Positions 16,001-23,452 of a stretch of 25,777 nt of DNA are shown piece after piece. Source of the DNA: a virus. The stretch is from the UHGV virus genome UHGV-1341054; one strand, 5' to 3'. The notes beneath the pieces are model-generated. The model did not search any database and was not told the origin of the DNA. It saw nothing but the letters and a program-made list of their open reading frames with translations. The translations under genes were made by a program, and so were the position numbers. The stretch's first letter is position 1. The number at the start of each line of letters is the position of its first letter.

Positions 16001-16903
16001 GACATTTGCCGATTTTAGCGTCGCATCATCCGTATCGGGGATCATCTCCAGGAAGGCTTCCGGGTGTTTACGCAATACCCATACGTCCACAACTGTATCT
16101 GTACCGGATTCGCTGAACGTACCGGAAGGCATACGATGTGCGCCCAGAAATTCCGCTTTACGACTAACCTTGTCACGCAGTTTCTTGTATTTAGTGCCGT
16201 CGGTCATGCCGTTAGGCACCACCAGCACGATCAGTCCGCCAGGTTTAACCTTGTCAATGGTACGAAGCACAAAGTAGTTACCTACGTTCTTTTCGTTCGC
16301 ATAGGCAGGATCTAATCCAGCCACACCGGAACGACCTTCCCCGAACGGCACATTACCCACCGCGTGGTCATACATTGCGTCTTTGGCTGCAAGCGACTCA
16401 AACGCTCCGATATTCACATCATCTTCCGGGTGCAATAACTGGTTAATTCGACCAGAAATCGGAGACAATTCGGCGCTCGTCATTATCATTCCCTGCCGCT
16501 TCGTCTCCTGGAAAATTCCCGTACCCGCTGACGGTTCAAGAACATGACCGCTATCAATGCCGTAATCCGAAAATAAATCCCAGATACCTTCTGCCATAAA
16601 TTGCGGCGTGTAATACTCGTACTGACTTCCTTCGCCATCCGTCAGACCACCTTCCCCGGTGTATCCTGCAAGGATCTGACGCTGTTCGTCTGTCAACTGA
16701 GAGCCATCGAAACCGGGAGGCAAAGCGTTAAGAAGATTGACTGCCGCGTTATTAGCTGCCCGGCGAGTCTTCTGAATGCTGACGCCATCTACCTTCTTAA
16801 CGCCGAAGGCGGCGATTGCACGTGGTTTATGTAACCGACTGATAAGGTCAATCAGTCCACCAATGCTGGTGGCTGCATTGATTGAATTGAGTAATTTGTC
16901 CAA
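10061..16903 (-). CDS. darB: Giant 2280-aa protein: N-terminal N6-adenine methyltransferase domain plus SF2 helicase, DarB-like antirestriction protein
   Basis: Single uninterrupted 6.8-kb ORF. MTase motif I VLEPSAGTGIF and motif IV GNVPFG near the N-terminus; helicase Walker A GFGTGLGKTT, motif II VIADEGHNY, motif III LTATPLVN, motif VI QRNGRGARVG. Size and architecture match P1 DarB (2255 aa) as recalled. Plus-strand ORFs inside are antisense shadows. Confidence 0.8.
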   Translation of the reverse strand: MDKLLNSINAATSIGGLIDLISRLHKPRAIAAFGVKKVDGVSIQKTRRAANNAAVNLLNALPPGFDGSQLTDEQRQILAGYTGEGGLTDGEGSQYEYYTPQFMAEGIWDLFSDYGIDSGHVLEPSAGTGIFQETKRQGMIMTSAELSPISGRINQLLHPEDDVNIGAFESLAAKDAMYDHAVGNVPFGEGRSGVAGLDPAYANEKNVGNYFVLRTIDKVKPGGLIVLVVPNGMTDGTKYKKLRDKVSRKAEFLGAHRMPSGTFSESGTDTVVDVWVLRKHPEAFLEMIPDTDDATLKSANVLWDTFLKGKWFTTEGKRFVYGDMERTSFRNTLVVKKDGRVSNESMKTALSRRFESRINWDLLGVTTQAWQGAKVGDKRLVGGIWHEFDGLKWVKDATTKSSVLDVSRYGVSTFGDLQTTFQSTNGILALSWGQISAIASDYPSVISDEVAAMIRFAGKQREKDRERIMRGALIGQLINKALDKRNLGENVDDELADAARLTAAEVAKYGPPHAIKLNDITEAGAKNWLTFTGNVNQDGEASDLLSGRLDVSKGAAGIDFTRPEQVVTHLFSDVALNPINLDDFREAFKGELPEDDDEALEYLAKFDDIAIDGYGCLLPMGRATSGDIKSKVALLVGWRDASTGERKANFERQLSKIEEKRTFTPLNKVTVNLNARWLDRRLIKEFLAEQGYDEFKYTEPDLKVENGILVSPDDYEGKDGVFTGYQLRTVNGKNGNEFKKANNKDGFLNQLENYLNGVKPRGQNANEYLDKIAQLETSFNDWLRTHPQADQIARDYNDAFNGYIPFTHSDAPLGLEGISGKRIPLSYQNEEVRRLSEDGRGIMGFGTGLGKTTTALALEAYNFETGRTKRTCIVVPKAVYQNWYHEAQSFYSADAFANMMFIGLDEVRDGDGNIQTAPVLDQDGTPRLDNDGNPITRNVVKESASAVIAQRMNMIPSSNWRTVIMTKEQFASIPLRDETIGENSQQAVFNAAEMGRLDLASGKHRDAQKKNKIKDQAANTGTAKKQNIPYFEDMNFDSVIADEGHNYRNSFGAGREAGQLAYLPNPAVSKMARDMAVKAAYMMKRHNGRGVVMLTATPLVNSPIDAFNMLSTVIPQHEWMHMGIITPDDFVRVFGKTATVQVQKISGEVEEKQGLVGFQNLDGLRGIFHRWTTLKTASDVGATVKIPDIVENTLQIPMTPEQQAAYEELRKRAQELSRGDDVTVDDEGNITRGKPDDFIFSIIRDMDKVAIDPDLYASAITFQFPVELTEQVKSIANNLPKVAGGKAADDAEEAEEDATGGLVSTRTSKVVATTFSEHPNHVELRASIDLEAEILKAIADAGIDMKQVSHPIPPKYAALIENLREGLKNGKQIIFIDEKAQHQKLRRIIASALQMSEQEIGIINATTVSQAGGVKLKKVKKPTEPTPNKDGEYKEGAWETYYSKLAQYEDYLSAKNDAGLEGMEGIAADYNEGRTRIIICNKKAEVGINLHIGTTDIHHLTLPWTPASIDQRNGRGARVGSPQEKVNVHYYCGKGTFDDFRLDTLKRKKDWIKMVMTSDMSEIANGDADDADERAIMLAANPEERRAIMARQSKEREERLRLKAQREANNALDNYLKAANAAGKDIGMMEAELKSAMEQAQRYQSDLDGLIKSGTNKNGQKYTLSALSKAKKRVRELRFAITRAKDADTVMKRSRGDVERAIKSGVLDISIDVIQNPQEYMRTGKNILLHKGSYYRAVIDAEHETTAVVRVTQIEGEKAQYTCRVAWLDRASRYSRSPGSTMTLPFDSVVEAVTFEEGVAESREIAARGVQSHQLSTSLSRDQFYDAIRSGVMRVTGKDRGGWQGAPDVNYWAYRNANGQIQMAFTYGGMIGQKISASGSDEIAPEQWIYPDVNDEALKREVAKIQTGDNPLRISEAEGFLRALFGFDYEQGMEAWGAQATMDDVVKAFDGWMAGRDLSGRSLEKVTQEDVRSLFRKPNGEGLETYWRGVLSFRDFQGRMKAFTNGSEISQMFEQLRTSKITTKIEKTRMALNAWRDALFDQYKMQSDADGWASLASLADQSVYSAQLSISNADNPLETSATVWIKAGALIHAFEDKSITRDDFADAYSLNRLVGMAIRHANALKAGGYVEDLPDALKSATWDDFVSLKNGGATESEIAERLAAAKTEREEQADVAEIKADEVANDDYIIVVNDKPIRAKARVRGRWWSVSEDAGAVYLIADMPGSSSIRNAKDAIKKIGGRFWNFEVNPVADVDFDRPAWMVSTRYSIDEVRKIIEAAA

Positions 16904-16977
16904 AGGAGATCCCCTTCAAAGCCGTGAACTCCGCACATTGCGGTACGGCTTGAAAGGGTATGGAGTGTGTTAATTTG

Positions 16978-17057
16978 GGATAACAAAGTTGGCACCCAAA
17001 ACCGCCATTCATTAATGGAGTAGGTTTTAGCGTGCCCGGATAACAAATATGGCTGCC
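16978..17057. promoter_or_regulatory. Divergent control region: two direct repeats GGATAACAAAnnTGGC 60 bp apart flanking a short palindrome
   Basis: GGATAACAAAGTTGGCACCC (16978-16997) and GGATAACAAATATGGCTGCC (17038-17057); between them AAAACC ... CCATTCATTAATGG ... GGTTTT. Lies between the divergent starts at 16903 (minus) and 17114 (plus). Confidence 0.3.
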
Positions 17058-17113
17058 ATGAAAATCACACACTCCCCATAGTTTATGTTCGTTTGTTAAC
17101 CAGAGGAGTAGTT

Positions 17114-17599
17114 ATGGTGAGTACCGATCCTCGTTGGCTGATGGAAGCCCGTAAACATATTGGCCTGACAGAAATCAAAGGGGCTAAACACAATCCTGAA
17201 ATCGTCCAGTTCTGGCGAGACATCAAGCGCGGCGGCATTAAAGATGATGAAACGCCGTGGTGCGCGGCCTTTGTTGGCGCAATGTTAGAGCGTGTTGGTA
17301 TCCGTTCCAGCCGCTTCGAGTCAGCAAAATCCTACCTGACATGGGGTGAGGCGCTCGATACGCCAGCGTATGGATGTATTGCTGTATTTACTCGCGTGGG
17401 CGGCGGGCATGTCGGCTTTGTCGTTGGTCGCCGGGCGAATGGTGATTTGCTCATTCTTGGGGGCAACCAGGGCGATGCCGTGAATATCCGCGCTTTCCCA
17501 ACATCGCGCGTTTCAGGTTATCGCTGGCCTACTGGAGAACCACGGAATACTGCCTTACTTCCTAATGGTGAGGCCGCCACATCCACCAGCGAAGCGTGA
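17114..17599 (+). CDS. TIGR02594-type (NlpC/P60- or CHAP-like) putative peptidoglycan hydrolase, 161 aa
   Basis: Preferred start ATG 17114 with SD GAGGAG (ORF track gives TTG at 17093). Motifs DDETPWCAAFVGAML, GGGHVGFVVG and LGGNQGDAV fit the conserved Cys/His hydrolase pattern of this family. Only clear plus-strand gene in the window. Confidence 0.7.
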   Translation: MVSTDPRWLMEARKHIGLTEIKGAKHNPEIVQFWRDIKRGGIKDDETPWCAAFVGAMLERVGIRSSRFESAKSYLTWGEALDTPAYGCIAVFTRVGGGHVGFVVGRRANGDLLILGGNQGDAVNIRAFPTSRVSGYRWPTGEPRNTALLPNGEAATSTSEA

Positions 17600-17606
17600 C
17601 TCCACA

Positions 17607-17634
17607 CCCCGGTACAGGCCGGGGTTTCTGTATT
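17607..17634 (+). terminator. Rho-independent terminator for the plus-strand hydrolase gene
   Basis: CCCCGG-TACAGG-CCGGGG followed by TTTCTGTATT, 8 nt after the stop; sits between convergent genes. Confidence 0.5.
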
Positions 17635-17656
17635 AAGCTGTCATAATTTACCCACA

Positions 17657-18619
17657 TCATCCTCGGAATCCAGCAGGGATACGCCACTCACGATCATCAA
17701 ACTCAGTTTTGGTGCCTCGTTGTTTCATGAGCTTTAACGCCTCGTCAACGGTCTGGCAGCCCTGATAGGCCGAATAATCCATTGAAAAATCCAGCCCGTT
17801 GGCAGTCTTATTGGCCTTTCCCGCATTCCCTGTCCCGCGAATCCAGGCAATTTTATGAGCTAACTTTTCAGCAGCCCGATGTAGTGACAGACGTTTCGCG
17901 TGGCGGTCGTCAGCCTGACGTTTAGCGGATCGCGCTTTTGCAGCAGCTATGCGGCTGTTTATCTGCTCTTCGCTAACAACATGCGCTTCACTCAGAAAGT
18001 CTGGATTTAACTGAGTGGACACCGCCTGGGAAGCCTTTGGCTGAACCTGGCATGATCTTTCTCTTTTTTTGGTTACGGTTTTATTCTTCTTTTCTATTGG
18101 TTGTTCATCATGAACACGGGGGGAGTTGTTCATTTTGAACAGGGGGGCATTGACCTCAAAAAAAGAACGTACCTTTGAAATCAGTTGCTTAACCAGTTTC
18201 GTGGCATTAACAATTTTGACGCCCTGCTTACGTCCAGTCTCCAAAACGATGGAAATAAACTGGAGGAAATCAGGGGTGAAGCGGTAGACATTACAAACCT
18301 GAGCATTGTTACTGCCAATCTGATGTTGCTTGGTGAGCATTCCACATTTAACAGCCTCAGAAAATGCACGGCGAACGGTGGAGACGCTACGGCCCAGAAT
18401 GGCAGCCATATCAGCATAAGAGCGACGGATTATGTATTCGTCAGTTGACCCTGCCAGGTTGGAAAATTCGGCAATGATCGAACCGTGTGTTGGCGACAGG
18501 AATCCACTGTGCCGGGCAAAGAAACTTAGCTGGTGGCCTTTGATATGCTTATGGTACTCAGCGTTGCCTTTCCGCTCAAAAATGTTGAAAGTGATGGCAT
18601 CTGAATTTAAAATATCCAT
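17657..18619 (-). CDS. HTH-containing protein, possible replication initiator (Rep-like), about 320 aa
   Basis: Preferred start ATG 18619 with SD AAGGA (ORF track start 18652 lacks an RBS). Segment YADMAAILGRSVSTVRRAFSEAVKCGML is a typical winged-HTH; C-terminal region is basic and K/R-rich. Function is inferred. Confidence 0.55.
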   Translation of the reverse strand: MDILNSDAITFNIFERKGNAEYHKHIKGHQLSFFARHSGFLSPTHGSIIAEFSNLAGSTDEYIIRRSYADMAAILGRSVSTVRRAFSEAVKCGMLTKQHQIGSNNAQVCNVYRFTPDFLQFISIVLETGRKQGVKIVNATKLVKQLISKVRSFFEVNAPLFKMNNSPRVHDEQPIEKKNKTVTKKRERSCQVQPKASQAVSTQLNPDFLSEAHVVSEEQINSRIAAAKARSAKRQADDRHAKRLSLHRAAEKLAHKIAWIRGTGNAGKANKTANGLDFSMDYSAYQGCQTVDEALKLMKQRGTKTEFDDREWRIPAGFRG

Positions 18620-18725
18620 CTGTAATCCTTGATATATCAATGCGAGTTCCAAGTTTTGGTATATCAGCGTGGGTGTCTAAGACCTACGCCTCTGATAAAT
18701 CTACTCAAATAGATTTATCGCCCTC

Positions 18726-18749
18726 AAAAGCCGCCCCCCAGCGGCTTTT
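18726..18749. terminator. Bidirectional rho-independent terminator
   Basis: AAAAGCCGC-CCCCCA-GCGGCTTTT, with A/T runs on both sides; downstream of the 18866..19861 gene. Confidence 0.55.
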
Positions 18750-18815
18750 GTTCTTTCTACGCCCATCAAACTGAGCAACGAACGCGATCCTACCCGAAAC
18801 ATTAATCACTAATCA

Positions 18816-18848
18816 ACAGTGTATATTAATACACTGTGTTAGAAATTT
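18816..18848. promoter_or_regulatory. Perfect 22-bp palindrome abutting a copy of the recurring motif (GTGTTAGAAATTT), candidate operator or origin-proximal site
   Basis: ACAGTGTAT-ATTA-ATACACTGT (9-bp arms, 18816-18837), immediately followed by GTGTTAGAAATTT (18836-18848), upstream of the Rep-like gene. Confidence 0.4.
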
Positions 18849-18865
18849 AATTTAATCAAAAAGAC

Positions 18866-19861
18866 CTAACGTCGCGAAACAAAGATCAACGGGCTTACAT
18901 TCTTGTTGTTTTGAGATAGTGCTTGCTGCTTCTCTCCTTTCGTAACAGGCAGGCCATACGTTGCATTTACCCCCAGAGACTCAAGCATCGCTGCCACAAT
19001 TCGGGCGTCATCTTCTGACTGCATCCGACATAATGCACGGCGTTGCTCTGCACTGATGAATACAGGCATTTCCTGGATAGCGTCACGCAGGATACGACGG
19101 CATTTCTTCGCATCTTCACCCTGGCTTTCCATCATTGCTGTCTGAGCGCGTAGCTTGTCGCGAAGCTGCATGTTTTCCACTTCAAGGAGCATCAATTCTG
19201 ATTCCAGGGCTTCACGCTGTACTGATTCGAGCATGGCTTGCTGACTCTTCATTGCTGAGAAGTGATGCACAAGATCGGTGGCAGCATTATCTGTAAAGCC
19301 CTGAGCAATAAGCGCCGCGTGAATTGCAGCCTCTCTCTCCTCTGCTGACTCAAGCATCAGGCTTTTCTTGTCAAGGCTGATATAGTTAGGCACCGTCACA
19401 TAATCGAAACCATGAAACGACTTCACCATGGAGACTGAGGAATCCGGTCCAGATGTCGCCCATGACCACCCACCAGCACCTGAATTAATCATCCCCTGCA
19501 CTATACGCCCGGTATCGGTATCCAGAATTTCCTGTGTATGCGTAACAACACCATTGTCATCAACTGAAATATCAATCGTCCTGTTAGATGGTACGTTTTC
19601 AAGAACTACAGGCTTTCCATCCACCATGACGACTGAAACTTCTGGCAAATTAAGACTTTTGGTTTTGTCGTAATGCATTGCGCGGCGACCGTGGCCGTAA
19701 TAGCCATACATTTCACCGAGCGCAATCCTCTCTTTCGTCTCAGGATAATTCAATGTCTCCCGCACCGACTGAATAACGTAATTTCGGTTGTTTTGCGGCG
19801 TATGCTTACGAATTTTCTCGACCAAAGAGAAGCGATCCGTAACGGTGTTCAGTGATTGCAT
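18866..19861 (-). CDS. Hypothetical protein, 331 aa, coiled-coil C-terminal half; possible head morphogenesis protein
   Basis: ATG at 19861 with strong SD GGAGGG; tightly linked to the upstream 560-aa gene (13-nt spacer); followed by a terminator. Confidence 0.65.
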   Translation of the reverse strand: MQSLNTVTDRFSLVEKIRKHTPQNNRNYVIQSVRETLNYPETKERIALGEMYGYYGHGRRAMHYDKTKSLNLPEVSVVMVDGKPVVLENVPSNRTIDISVDDNGVVTHTQEILDTDTGRIVQGMINSGAGGWSWATSGPDSSVSMVKSFHGFDYVTVPNYISLDKKSLMLESAEEREAAIHAALIAQGFTDNAATDLVHHFSAMKSQQAMLESVQREALESELMLLEVENMQLRDKLRAQTAMMESQGEDAKKCRRILRDAIQEMPVFISAEQRRALCRMQSEDDARIVAAMLESLGVNATYGLPVTKGEKQQALSQNNKNVSPLIFVSRR

Positions 19862-19874
19862 TCATTCCCTCCGG

Positions 19875-21557
19875 TTAATTGCTCATCACGAATTTTGCGA
19901 AGTTAATCAACTGTTCTGGTGTCCAGTTTTCCGGGTTATCACCAGACGAGGCTGGCGCGGACTCATACATTCCATGCTCATTATTCGAGTCGGATTCGTT
20001 TTCCTTAAACTCCTTGAGCATGGTATTCAGCGTGTCGCTATCGATATGCAACTGTTCGGTAAACAGGTAACGCATAAAGGCTTCGCTGCCTGCCAGCTTT
20101 GGATTGTTCTGGATTTGATCCATGATTTGAGAAATGACGGCGACAAAGTTAGCGCGGGCATCCAGTTCTCTGTTTTCCTCTTCCTGAATAGCCGTATTCA
20201 TCGAGTTGAATTGCACGGCATAGGGACGATTGGCTTCGGTGTATACCTTGCCGTACTTGTACGCGAGATGAATATCCGACAGGCGGTAAATGGTTCTCTG
20301 TGCCGCCTGCCGTATCCAGTTAGCACGAAGCGCCGCCTGGATAGCGGTCTGTTGCCAACCTCCTTCTCCAAGCCCGCCGCTCATTTGATCGGCCCAACCG
20401 AGCATCGTAGCGTCAATACCTAAGCTGGCGGATAACTGACGAAGGTGAAACATAACGTCTTCGATGCCACTGATATCTGCGGGGATAGACTGCGTATCAA
20501 TAGTGATTCCGTTCTTCCCATCGCCCATGACCGGGATCAGATGGTTAAGCACGGTCGGGATGGCGTTGGCATTTATTGATCGCTGCGCCAGCATGTCACT
20601 GTGGCGCTTTAATGCCTGACTGACGCCTCGCGTATAGTTCGCGGCATTGACAGGATCGAGCGTATTAGTCGTCAGGGCGATAAGCCTGTCAATTTTTGCA
20701 GCGTTATTACGCGTAGATTTCAGCGCGGCAAGGGCAGCACATAGATTCAGGAATGGTTCGTAACTGTATTCCAGAAAAGACGTGCCATAGTTCTGTGTTT
20801 CAGTGAGCGGTTTGTCTTTCTGATCGCTCAACAGGGAATATCCCTTCGCCCCATAAGTCACGGGCATTAATTTATGCTGCGGTGTCCAGTATGGGTTTTT
20901 CATCGCAACCAGGTTCCACGGTTCTGTGATCACCCGGCGCATACTTTCAGAATCCAGGATGTAATCACCCCCAAAGCCAACAAACTGGCTCCCCCGATAG
21001 AACTCCTGGATGAAGTGAGGCAATGTGTAATAACTCGACTCGATGCCCGTAATCCCTTTCCCCTGCTCGGCATAGGGACGAACATACGACACACCAAAAA
21101 TAGCCATAATCATGGCCCATGACGGCAGGCCATCATTAATCATTGCCCCTAAATCGGCTGTTAACTCTTCACACCTTTTGACGGATTCAGTATCTGCCCC
21201 GTCTTTTGGCGCAAGCATAAACGCAAGCCCCGTTTTTTTTGACGGTGCCAGAGCGTGCGCAATGTGAATATTTAAGGCTGTGGAGATGGTTGGGCTTTTC
21301 GCCATCGTTTCCAGGATGTTGTACTTTTGCAGGCGGTCGCCGGGCAGTTCTGCCGAAATTGATACTGTATCTGCCGCGCTTGTCATGCCATCGCTATTGC
21401 CACCCAGGATACCCGGACGTAAAGCAGACAGGCCAGAACGCGCAACGACACTATGCCCGCTTGTAAAAACGACCGGATCAGCAGGCGTGACATCGCCACT
21501 GTTGAAGGCCTTCTTCAATGCCGACAGAAAGCCTTTGTTTTTATCTTTCGTTGCCAT
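19875..21557 (-). CDS. Hypothetical protein, 560 aa; possible portal or other virion structural protein
   Basis: Long ORF with ATG at 21557; no catalytic motifs recognised by eye. Plus-strand ORFs 19788..20423 and others overlap it and are rejected. Confidence 0.65.
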   Translation of the reverse strand: MATKDKNKGFLSALKKAFNSGDVTPADPVVFTSGHSVVARSGLSALRPGILGGNSDGMTSAADTVSISAELPGDRLQKYNILETMAKSPTISTALNIHIAHALAPSKKTGLAFMLAPKDGADTESVKRCEELTADLGAMINDGLPSWAMIMAIFGVSYVRPYAEQGKGITGIESSYYTLPHFIQEFYRGSQFVGFGGDYILDSESMRRVITEPWNLVAMKNPYWTPQHKLMPVTYGAKGYSLLSDQKDKPLTETQNYGTSFLEYSYEPFLNLCAALAALKSTRNNAAKIDRLIALTTNTLDPVNAANYTRGVSQALKRHSDMLAQRSINANAIPTVLNHLIPVMGDGKNGITIDTQSIPADISGIEDVMFHLRQLSASLGIDATMLGWADQMSGGLGEGGWQQTAIQAALRANWIRQAAQRTIYRLSDIHLAYKYGKVYTEANRPYAVQFNSMNTAIQEEENRELDARANFVAVISQIMDQIQNNPKLAGSEAFMRYLFTEQLHIDSDTLNTMLKEFKENESDSNNEHGMYESAPASSGDNPENWTPEQLINFAKFVMSN

Positions 21558-21628
21558 GAGTCACCGCGAAATGGTTTCCAGTTTCGCGGCAGCATAATCA
21601 GTGTGTTATTTCAGGGGGGTGAGAATCT

Positions 21629-22990
21629 TTACCTATGACTATTTTCGAACATCGAAAGACTCAATCCTTTCCCTTCACCAAATTCAGTTTCAATCTCATC
21701 GGAAACGGCAGACAAAATGCTACGCAGATCGACATCTCCGCCGCCGAACATATCGCCTAACGCTTGTTGCTGGTGAATAAGCTCATCGTTAATTTTTTGC
21801 GCCAGTTTCTTGAAAGCGGCCCCCATACGCTTAGCGCTTCTGTTGTTGGCAACAATAAACAGAGCAAGCGCTTCCGCTTCCGGAGTGCTATCTCCAAACA
21901 ATCCGCGCTGTGCGATCACCTCTTCTACTGCCTGACCGTTATCTTTTGCTTCACGAACAAGGTTAATTGCTTCCTGTAGCGCGGCAATAGCCTGTTTATC
22001 CAGACCATTCAATTGCTCTATGCCGTCTACCAGTCCGGTTACCGTGTCATGGTGAACATCGCCTGAAAGTGACTGCATTTGCGCAAAATCGCTGGCTGCC
22101 GTATTTAATGCGGTAAGGATGTTACGCATTTCCGGATCTGGCTCTTCCGCCACCAGCCGAACAAGCCTTTCATCCTTGTACGCTTTGGCAAAAATTGCAT
22201 TCTGGATGCGGTCGATAAGTTGTTTCGTTGGACGCCCATCGGCAGTAAGCAAACCTGCCGTCGCCGTATCACCTATTTCGCGCAAAAACGCACGAATAAA
22301 CGCATCATTGGACCGCGCCAGTAGATTTCCATCATCTGAAGGATTAAATAGCGCCATGACGCTCTCAGTGAGAAATTGCGCATCCGCATACGCTTTTTCA
22401 CTTGCAGCCATCTCTTGCAGATCGCTGATGTTTGAATCGCGGGCAAATTGTGCGCGGTCTACATCTGTGAGTCTTTCTCGCACCAATACGGGCATAGACA
22501 TTTGTGAAATGTCGTCAGGATTCAGACCAAACTCTTTTGCATGATCGATCAGGTACTGGCGATATTCATCCGCCTGCCCTTGCTCATAGGCACGCCAGAT
22601 ACCCATGCTCCTTCCGTTGCCGGATTCAACAACGTTGTCCGGACCAACTATCGGCGCTCCGTGGCTGCTCATGCCGGAATCCGTTAATTGTGCCGGGCGT
22701 AAATTGGAGGCAATACGGTTAACCTGGAGTTTGCTTGATAGCCGTGTACGGTCACGTGGCTGGAGTTCTTCCGGGAAGGCCGGATTAATCGTACCGTCAA
22801 GGTTGTTCGAAATGATCAGACTGCTGGCATCAACGACCTTAAAAGCCGTCTTTACCTCTGCCCCTTTACTGGTGACTACGTAACTACTGCGCCCCTGGCG
22901 TGTTTCTCGCCTCTCTAATGAAGAAACCAGCGCAATAACACTGTTAATGTCTGCTGCTTCGGATAGCGCGGAAGTAACTGACTTGTTCAA
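21629..22990 (-). CDS. Hypothetical protein, 453 aa (TTG start)
   Basis: TTG start at 22990 preceded by SD-like AAGGGGAG; no in-frame ATG nearby; function unknown. Confidence 0.55.
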   Translation of the reverse strand: MNKSVTSALSEAADINSVIALVSSLERRETRQGRSSYVVTSKGAEVKTAFKVVDASSLIISNNLDGTINPAFPEELQPRDRTRLSSKLQVNRIASNLRPAQLTDSGMSSHGAPIVGPDNVVESGNGRSMGIWRAYEQGQADEYRQYLIDHAKEFGLNPDDISQMSMPVLVRERLTDVDRAQFARDSNISDLQEMAASEKAYADAQFLTESVMALFNPSDDGNLLARSNDAFIRAFLREIGDTATAGLLTADGRPTKQLIDRIQNAIFAKAYKDERLVRLVAEEPDPEMRNILTALNTAASDFAQMQSLSGDVHHDTVTGLVDGIEQLNGLDKQAIAALQEAINLVREAKDNGQAVEEVIAQRGLFGDSTPEAEALALFIVANNRSAKRMGAAFKKLAQKINDELIHQQQALGDMFGGGDVDLRSILSAVSDEIETEFGEGKGLSLSMFENSHR

Positions 22991-23059
22991 AATACACTCC
23001 CCTTACATAGAAAGCAGGAAGTGTAAAAAGTGTGTGATTTATGGACTTACACGAAAGTG

Positions 23060-23081
23060 AAAGGGGCATTTCAGCCCCTTT
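23060..23081 (-). terminator. Candidate terminator or stable hairpin after the 122-aa gene
   Basis: AAAGGGGC-ATTTCA-GCCCCTTT, 3 nt downstream of the stop at 23084, with a short T-rich tail. Confidence 0.4.
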
Positions 23082-23083
23082 GA

Positions 23084-23452
23084 TTACCCTGCATAACCGT
23101 TGGCTTTCACCCAGCTTATGGTCTGCTCTTTAGCCTGTTCCAACGTAAGGAACTCGCCTACATAGTTTGAGATCCCACGTAGCGCATCAATAAATTCCAT
23201 TTGCGTGGACTTTGTGAATGCACCTCCAAGGAAGTCTGTCACTATCTTAGGAATGTCACCTGCAACAGTATCTGGCTGCGCCTGCGGATCCGATACTGAT
23301 TGGGCCGCAGCCCCAAGCCCCAGTTTAAGCATCACATCAACAATCTGCTTACCAATTGAGACGCGTTGCAATACTGGCGCGGTTTTCTGCGCCTGCATTA
23401 GATCTGATAGCTCTTTACCTAATTTCAGGCGTTCTAAAACAGAGATAGCCAT
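23084..23452 (-). CDS. Hypothetical protein, 122 aa
   Basis: ORF whose start overlaps the stop of the upstream 645-aa gene at 23452. Confidence 0.55.
   Translation of the reverse strand: MAISVLERLKLGKELSDLMQAQKTAPVLQRVSIGKQIVDVMLKLGLGAAAQSVSDPQAQPDTVAGDIPKIVTDFLGGAFTKSTQMEFIDALRGISNYVGEFLTLEQAKEQTISWVKANGYAG

Noticed and set aside
10368-16315. Numerous plus-strand ORFs of 60-141 aa inside the giant gene (e.g. 12603..12944, 14054..14479, 14895..15296)
   Set aside because: They lie antisense to a continuous 6.8-kb ORF with clear MTase and helicase motifs; they are typical shadow ORFs.
19788-20423. Plus-strand ORF of 211 aa
   Set aside because: It is antisense within the 560-aa minus-strand gene and has an odd Cys/Phe-rich composition.
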